The notes under the pieces were generated by a model, which was not told where the DNA came from, did not search any database, and worked only from the letters and a program-made list of their open reading frames with translations. DNA of 62,599 bases, counting the filler, from Hausera hauseri (taxonomy: Eukaryota): assembly GCA_046269625.1 (NCBI GenBank). It is 13 parts of 13 records of this genome, joined end to end, with 100 filler letters (N's around TTAATTAATTAA, not from the genome) between each part and the next. Parts side by side here need not be neighbours in the genome. Positions count along the whole stretch, not along the records: positions 57,354 to 62,599 come from JBJURY010299946.1; 12 more parts are not named here. One strand, written 5' to 3'. Within the stretch, counting starts at the first letter, position 1; each line of letters starts with the position of its first letter. Positions 62,201-62,599 of this stretch are shown piece by piece. A program made the translations under genes and the position numbers.

Positions 62201-62599
62201 ACCGGAGTCGTGGCTTTCCCGACAAGTATCTCATCGAAGTATGCATCCCATTCGGGTTCGTTTCCGACATCTGGAAGTCGGTAGTCCACCAAAGCCGTAT
62301 TGGCTATATGAATGTTTTCCTGAATTTCCTTTCATATGGGTTGTATTTGTTTCATTTGTGTAGTTCGGAAACCTACTCCATTTCCGCAGGCGTATTGAAT
62401 CATCTTCAATAATTCACCGAATTTGTTAGAGTCGATCAGTCCTTTTTAGTGATAATCTGTTAATTCAAGAATCACATCCTTTTGCCATCTTTGTACAAAT
62501 TCTCGTTTATTCTTAATCTCAAATTCGGTAAAAGCATATCTATTTCGATAAACTCCAAGCTCTTTTGTTATTTCTTCTAACCTTGTCTCTCTTTGTTTT
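59240..62599 (-). mobile_element. Large Gypsy family copy: ORF1 (UBL) and chuvirus-like glycoprotein
   Basis: Near-collinear with 15780-19200; ORF 60707-61639 runs uninterrupted from ORF1 through the signal peptide into VTVYDC. Confidence 0.88.

Overview
This is eukaryotic, AT-rich, repeat-dominated sequence made of 13 short contigs (about 4-7 kb) joined by artificial N-TTAATTAATTAA-N linkers, so order across linkers is not biological. Most contigs are decayed mobile elements of a CpG-rich, non-vertebrate genome; one contig carries the 5' exons of a vertebrate (fish-like) zfat gene, which suggests a fish-parasite assembly containing host DNA. Main contents: (1) Fragments of a very large Ty3/Gypsy family whose reconstructed order is coiled-coil ORF with a ubiquitin-like domain, then an internal signal peptide and chuvirus-type glycoprotein, then PR-RT-RNaseH-IN. 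Other Gypsy contigs continue from IN into a second signal peptide, a membrane protein and a DEDDh (REX4/ISG20-like) exonuclease-fold domain lacking the ExoI acidic residues. (2) A roughly 175-bp, highly structured, TGT-terminated element end present in two clear copies (possibly three), each heading a co-oriented string of cellular gene fragments (alpha-tubulin-like; NOP10, UBL, coiled-coil); one copy splits a hAT transposase gene. (3) Two decayed Polinton/adintovirus-type pPolB genes sharing an N-terminal Cys/His repeat. (4) Other Gypsy, hAT, Tc1, pogo and MITE remnants. All homology calls come from motif recognition by eye; no database searches were run.
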